Assembly: GCA_000708835.1 (NCBI GenBank)
Contig: DF237060.1
Location: 129,787-193,786, forward strand
DNA length: 64,000 nt
Direction: 5' to 3'
Source: Klebsormidium nitens
Lineage: Eukaryota; Plantae; Klebsormidiophyceae
The notes beneath the pieces are model-generated. The model was given only the letters and a program-made list of their open reading frames with translations. It was not told the origin of the DNA and searched no databases. Within the stretch, counting starts at the first letter, position 1. Every line of letters begins with the position of its first letter. Below, piece by piece: positions 59,741 to 64,000 of this stretch. A program made the translations under genes and the position numbers.

Positions 59741-62700
59741 ATGGTCACCCAAAGGGGGGTTCCAGGGGCCCCCAGAACAGGGGTGGGGGGCAAGGAGGGT
59801 CGCAGTGAGAGGGTAGAGCGTTGGGAGAGACGGCGGTGGCCAAGAGGGCCAGGAGTCGACGTGGTGCAGGAGGCACGTCACGCAGTGCGCGCAGCGGTGC
59901 AGCAACCAATGGGGAAGGTCGGCCTACCGCAGCGGGTGCGCATCCCACAGCTGGAGGGATGTGCACCGTTGGATTGGCGAGTGGTGGGACCACTACCAAC
60001 AGACCGGCCGCTAAGGGTCGTTGAGTTGTTTGCGGGGGTTGGAGCCGTCACGCAGGCGGTGGTCAGGCTTGGTTACTCTGTTGGGGAGGTCATTGCGTGT
60101 GAACGCAGGGGGGCGGCAAGGGTCGTGCACAGGCACCAGGTGCTGCAGCTGGCCAAGGAGTTCCCCGCTCGGATCTCAGCGCGAGCCTCGGCGCAAATGC
60201 ATCATCACCTGCCCCAGGACATCCAGCTTGTCACGGAAACCCATCTGCGAGAGCTGGAGCCAGTAGACTTGGTGGTGGCAGGGTGGCCGTGCCAGGGTAA
60301 CAGCGCCGCGGGTACGGGGCAGGGGCTTGACGACGGTCGCTCAGGATTGTTGACAGAGTTGCTGCGGGTGTTGGCGTGCATGCAACGCCTGCACAAGGGC
60401 TGGGGGCAGCCTCTTGGGTATATAGTGGAGCACGTAGCCGCTGGGTTTGACAAGCGGCCAAAGGTGCGGGAACACTACGAGGCGGCGCGCGGGTTGCTGG
60501 GGCCAGAACTCGTAGTAGACGCCGCCCAGGTCGGGTCGCGAGCGCACCGTCTGCGTGCCTGGTGGACAAACCTCGAGGGGCCTGCGTTGCTGCGCGCAGC
60601 GCTGGCACAACAGGTTCGTCACCCTGGACTGTTTGTGCACCAGGTCTTGGGGCCTGGGAGGAAGGCCAAGCCGCCGTCAGGACAGGGGACGGCGCCATGG
60701 GCAAAAGTGGAGAAGGTGGGGGAACCGCGTCGTGCCCTAAACACTTTCGTCAGCTACCCCGGATCATACGCGTTCTCCCGCGGGGGCGGGGCCGTTATCC
60801 GGTGTGAGGCTCCCACCGGTGCCGTCAGCTTTGGGGAGCCAACGGCCGACGAGAGAGAACTAGCCATGGGTTTTCCTCGTGGATTCACCGCCGCGCCTGG
60901 GACGTCGGAGGGCGTGCGCAGAGAGCTCCTAGGCCAGGCAATGGATCTCAATACCCTGCTGTGGCTGCTAGCAGCTTGCAAGGAAGGAGCCGCGCTGCGT
61001 TTGAACCGGCTGGGAGGGGGTAGAGGCACGGGGCAGCAGGTCCCCAAACTGCGCGCTGGCGGCGGAGCGGGAGGTGGCGCTGGCGGCGGAGTTGAAGCTG
61101 GCGCTGGCGGGAGCGCTGGAGCGGTCGGTGGAGCTGCGGTGGCGCGCGCTGGCGGCAGAGCTAGCGCCGGAGGGAGCGCCGGAGCTGGAGGGGCGCGCGC
61201 TGGAGGTGGCGGTGGCCCTGGCGGCGGAGCTGCAGGTGCTGGCACCAGAGCTGGAGTGGCGCCTGCTGCCGGCGTTGGAGCTGGCGCTGGAGCCTCGCGC
61301 TCTGGTGCCGGCAGGGTGTGTGCCGCTGCGGGGGGGGCGCAGCCAGGAGCGGCAGGGCCGGGAGTGGGCGCGAAGACAGGGGTGTGCAGTGGAAGCGCAG
61401 CTCCCTCAGTGAACGGAGGGGCAGGAGTGCTGGAGGCAGGGGTTGGAGAAGCAGGGGCTGAGCCGCCACGAGGGAGTAAGATGAAGCAAGGCTGGGTCGT
61501 GGGGTCGCAACTGAAAGATGAGGAAAAAGAGTATGCCGCGGGGGTGGTGGAGAAGAATCGCGATGTGTTCGCGTTCAGTCTGGAGGAGATTGGGCAGTTC
61601 AAGCTGTTTGAAGTCCAGTTGGATTTAAAAACGGATCAACCAATCTTTGAGCGTCGGCGGAAGCACAGCGCGCGGGAGTGGGAGTTGGTTGACGAGAGGT
61701 GCCGGGAGTTGGAGACAGCGGGCATAATCGAGGAGTGCGACTCAGACTTCGCGGGTAATTCGGTGGTGGCGGCCAAGAAGGATCCGGACGGGAACTGGAA
61801 GTTGGCACGGTTTTGCACAGACCTGCGGAGGGTGAACGAGCAGACGGCGCAGGACCGCTACCCAATGCCGTTGCCAGAGGAGGTGTTGGAGGGGCTGGGC
61901 CACGCCAAGTTCTACTCCACCATCGACATACGCGGGGCGTTTCACCAGCTGGTGGTGAGGAAGGAAGATCGCAGGAAGCTGGCGTTCTGGTCCAGCAGTA
62001 AGCTTTACTGCTGGAAGCGGTGCCCTTTTGGAGCGCGCAACGCCAGCGCCTGGTTCCAGCGCGCGATAGACCGGACGCTCAGGGGGTTCGAGGGGTTTGC
62101 GCGCAACTTCATCGACGACCTGCTGATAGAGGGAGGGGAGACACTGGAGGAGCACATGGAGCTGGTTCAGCGCGTGTTCGATCGGCTGCGCGAGGTGGGG
62201 CTCAAGTGTCACCCGGAGAAGTGTTGCTTCGGGGCAGACTCGGTGGAGTACTTGGGGATGTGGCTGCACCCGGGGGTGGTGTCGCCACAGGTGGCAAAGG
62301 TGGCTGCCATCGCCTCCTTGCCACGGCCAACTGATGTGACGTCGGTGAAGGCATTCTCAGGGGTGGTGAACTACTACCGCCAGTTCATCCCCGACTGCAG
62401 CCGCCTGCAAGCCCCGTTGAACGCCCTAACCAAGAAGGGGGCCCCTTGGTGTTGGGGGGAGGAGCAGGAGCAGGCGTTTGTGGCCCTGAAGGGGGCACTG
62501 CAGGGGGGCCAGGTGTTGGTGTTGCCGCGGAGGGGGCGGCCGTTTAAGGTGCGCTGCGACTTGAGCAAGAAGGGCGTGGGCGGGGTCCTGTTGCAGCAAG
62601 ATGAGGAGGGGGTCGAGCGGGTGGTGGCATACGGAAGCCGCAGCTGCAACCAAGCAGAGTCGCGTTACAGCAGCTTCGAGGGAGAGCTGCTAGCTGCGGT

Positions 62701-64000
62701 CTACTTTGTGCGGCTCTGGCGCCAGTACCTGTATGGGGAGAGGTTTCAGCTGGAGAGCGACCACCAGCCGTTGCAGTGGATCCTCACCAACTCCAAGCTT
62801 ACTGGGAAGCTGGCGCGGTGGGCGCTCATGCTAAGTGAGTTCGATTTTGAAGTCAAGCACAAGCCGGGGGTTGACAACGAAATGGACTGTCTCAGCAGGT
62901 TCCCCCGGCAGAGCACGGTGGACAGTGCGGGGGTGCGCCAGGAAGCCGACCTGGAGGCAGCAGGCATGCTGGCATGGTCAGCTGCGGCGTGCTTGTCCTG
63001 GCAGCCAGGAGAGCAGCAGGTCGGGGAGGCGGCGCGGAGGCCAGGCACGGAGGTGCAGGCACCGGTGGATGTCTGGGAGGACTCGGGGCTCCTGGCGCTG
63101 TTGCAAGGGAGGGGCCCAGCGGTCGGAGGCAGCCCCCAAGAGCGTGACCGGCGGCGTCACAGGGCTCAGGGCTACGAGTGGCGGGGGGATCATCTGGTCA
63201 GGCGGCTGGTGAGTGGGGAGGCACGCGTGGTGCCCAGGCCTGAGGCGCGGGCGCGGCTAGTCCGAGATGTCCACGAGCGCGCGGGGCACCTGGGGGTGCG
63301 CAAGACCCTGTCTCTTCTGCGGCCGCACTACTGGTGGGTGGGGCTGGCGACGGAGGTGGAGCGTGCGGTGCGCGGGTGTGAGGCGTGTGATCGTGTGCGC
63401 GCCACGTTCAACGCCAAGCACCCCGCGCTTCAGCCCCTCCCCATTAAGGGGTTGTTCTACCGGTGGGGGCTTGATTTTGCAGGGCCTCTCCCCAAGACAG
63501 CCAAGGGCAGCCAGTATGTGCTGGTGCTCGTCGAGCATTTCAGCAAGACTGTGGTGCTGGCGCCCACGGGTGACAAGGAGCCGGCCCCGGTGGCAGAGGA
63601 CTTCACGCGGGAGGTGTTGACGCGCTACGGAGCGTGTGCAGAGGTGGTCACAGACAGGGGGGGGGAGTTTGGCGCTGAATTCCAAGCTTGTCTGGATGCG
63701 GCGCTGATTGATCACCGCTCCACTTCCGCTCATCACCCGCAGGCGAACGGGCTCAGTGAGCGGATTGTTCAGGTGGTGAAGCGAGCGCTGCGTAAATGGT
63801 GCCTCGGTCACCCAGCGGATGAGTGGAACCTGTACCTGCCATGGGTGTCCATGGGGTACAATTTCAGCATGCAGCGATCCCTGGCAGGCTTCTCCCCCTA
63901 CCAGCTGCTGCATGGACGGGAGCCTGTGGTGCCTGGAGCCATCAAGGTGCGGGTGGAGGAGCCCCTCAATTTGGATGACGAGGCGCGGTTTGTGACAGTT
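59741..64000 (+). CDS. pol: ORF2 (frame +2, open to window end): C5-DNA methyltransferase - Gly/Ala linker - RT - RNase H - integrase
   Basis: My translation from ATG 59741 has no stop to 64000. RT: FCTDLRRVN, RCPFGARNA, FIDD (62108-62119), YLG. RNase H: VRCDLSKKGVGGVL, YSSFEGELLAAV, SDHQPLQW. Integrase: HERAGHLG...CEAC, WGLDFAGPL, VVTDRGGEF, HPQANGLSER. Confidence 0.95.
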   Translation, partial: MVTQRGVPGAPRTGVGGKEGRSERVERWERRRWPRGPGVDVVQEARHAVRAAVQQPMGKVGLPQRVRIPQLEGCAPLDWRVVGPLPTDRPLRVVELFAGVGAVTQAVVRLGYSVGEVIACERRGAARVVHRHQVLQLAKEFPARISARASAQMHHHLPQDIQLVTETHLRELEPVDLVVAGWPCQGNSAAGTGQGLDDGRSGLLTELLRVLACMQRLHKGWGQPLGYIVEHVAAGFDKRPKVREHYEAARGLLGPELVVDAAQVGSRAHRLRAWWTNLEGPALLRAALAQQVRHPGLFVHQVLGPGRKAKPPSGQGTAPWAKVEKVGEPRRALNTFVSYPGSYAFSRGGGAVIRCEAPTGAVSFGEPTADERELAMGFPRGFTAAPGTSEGVRRELLGQAMDLNTLLWLLAACKEGAALRLNRLGGGRGTGQQVPKLRAGGGAGGGAGGGVEAGAGGSAGAVGGAAVARAGGRASAGGSAGAGGARAGGGGGPGGGAAGAGTRAGVAPAAGVGAGAGASRSGAGRVCAAAGGAQPGAAGPGVGAKTGVCSGSAAPSVNGGAGVLEAGVGEAGAEPPRGSKMKQGWVVGSQLKDEEKEYAAGVVEKNRDVFAFSLEEIGQFKLFEVQLDLKTDQPIFERRRKHSAREWELVDERCRELETAGIIEECDSDFAGNSVVAAKKDPDGNWKLARFCTDLRRVNEQTAQDRYPMPLPEEVLEGLGHAKFYSTIDIRGAFHQLVVRKEDRRKLAFWSSSKLYCWKRCPFGARNASAWFQRAIDRTLRGFEGFARNFIDDLLIEGGETLEEHMELVQRVFDRLREVGLKCHPEKCCFGADSVEYLGMWLHPGVVSPQVAKVAAIASLPRPTDVTSVKAFSGVVNYYRQFIPDCSRLQAPLNALTKKGAPWCWGEEQEQAFVALKGALQGGQVLVLPRRGRPFKVRCDLSKKGVGGVLLQQDEEGVERVVAYGSRSCNQAESRYSSFEGELLAAVYFVRLWRQYLYGERFQLESDHQPLQWILTNSKLTGKLARWALMLSEFDFEVKHKPGVDNEMDCLSRFPRQSTVDSAGVRQEADLEAAGMLAWSAAACLSWQPGEQQVGEAARRPGTEVQAPVDVWEDSGLLALLQGRGPAVGGSPQERDRRRHRAQGYEWRGDHLVRRLVSGEARVVPRPEARARLVRDVHERAGHLGVRKTLSLLRPHYWWVGLATEVERAVRGCEACDRVRATFNAKHPALQPLPIKGLFYRWGLDFAGPLPKTAKGSQYVLVLVEHFSKTVVLAPTGDKEPAPVAEDFTREVLTRYGACAEVVTDRGGEFGAEFQACLDAALIDHRSTSAHHPQANGLSERIVQVVKRALRKWCLGHPADEWNLYLPWVSMGYNFSMQRSLAGFSPYQLLHGREPVVPGAIKVRVEEPLNLDDEARFVTV
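60011..60970 (+). other. DNMT3-like C5 cytosine methyltransferase domain within ORF2
   Basis: Motif I LRVVELFAGVG (F at 60029); II IACE; IV VDLVVAGWPCQGNS (PC at 60287-60292); VI YIVEHV (60428); VIII SRAHRLRAWWTNL; IX ERELAMGFPRGFT; X RRELLGQAMDLNTL. The order and VIII-X wording parallel animal DNMT3 (AHRARYFWGNL, EMERVFGFP, RLLGRSW). Confidence 0.93.

Larger units (their letters stand above)
56581..64000 (+). mobile_element. Ty3/Gypsy LTR retrotransposon carrying a DNMT3-like cytosine methyltransferase (3' end outside window; LTR not delimited)
   Basis: Domain order gag-CCHCx2-PR / DNMT-RT-RH-INT, with INT last as in Ty3/Gypsy. Both ORFs are uninterrupted. Confidence 0.95.

Noticed and set aside
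12534-60970. Host ADD domain plus transposon DNMT3 catalytic domain as a split DNMT3 system
   Set aside because: They are ~47 kb apart and one is in a mobile insertion; nothing in the sequence links them.
60754-63913. Long antisense ORFs (60754-61602, 61742-62269, 63257-63913)
   Set aside because: Shadows of the GC-rich pol frame with no recognisable motifs.

Overview
Eukaryotic, intron-rich DNA with GT-AG introns and GC-rich exons. Gene content (PTEN-type class II formin, plastid-type NCS1, centrin-binding Sfi1-like repeats, a DNMT3-carrying Ty3/Gypsy element) fits a streptophyte alga such as Klebsormidium; this is inference, not a database match. Left to right: (1) a ~21-exon gene (1238-13205, +) that I assemble into one ~1,640-aa frame with an N-terminal NLS, a dynamin/NUGGC-like P-loop GTPase containing a Tudor/Agenet-like insert, and a C-terminal ATRX-type ADD finger; (2) a frameshifted inverted copy (15.45-22.4 kb, -) of (5); (3) a ~3.5-kb island of orphan ORFs; (4) a 6-exon NCS1/PLUTO transporter (-); (5) an apparently intact ~13-exon Sfi1-repeat + Kelch + coiled-coil gene (31.8-40.6 kb, +); (6) a 15-exon class II formin (42128-52536, +); (7) a ~265-bp tandem duplication and an isolated half-RRM exon; (8) an intact Ty3/Gypsy retrotransposon (56581 to window end) with gag-PR in ORF1 and DNMT3-like C5-methyltransferase-RT-RNaseH-integrase in ORF2. 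ORF2 is missing from the supplied ORF track because it runs off the window. All exon models were spliced by hand and need RNA-seq confirmation. I found no rRNA, tRNA or CRISPR array.
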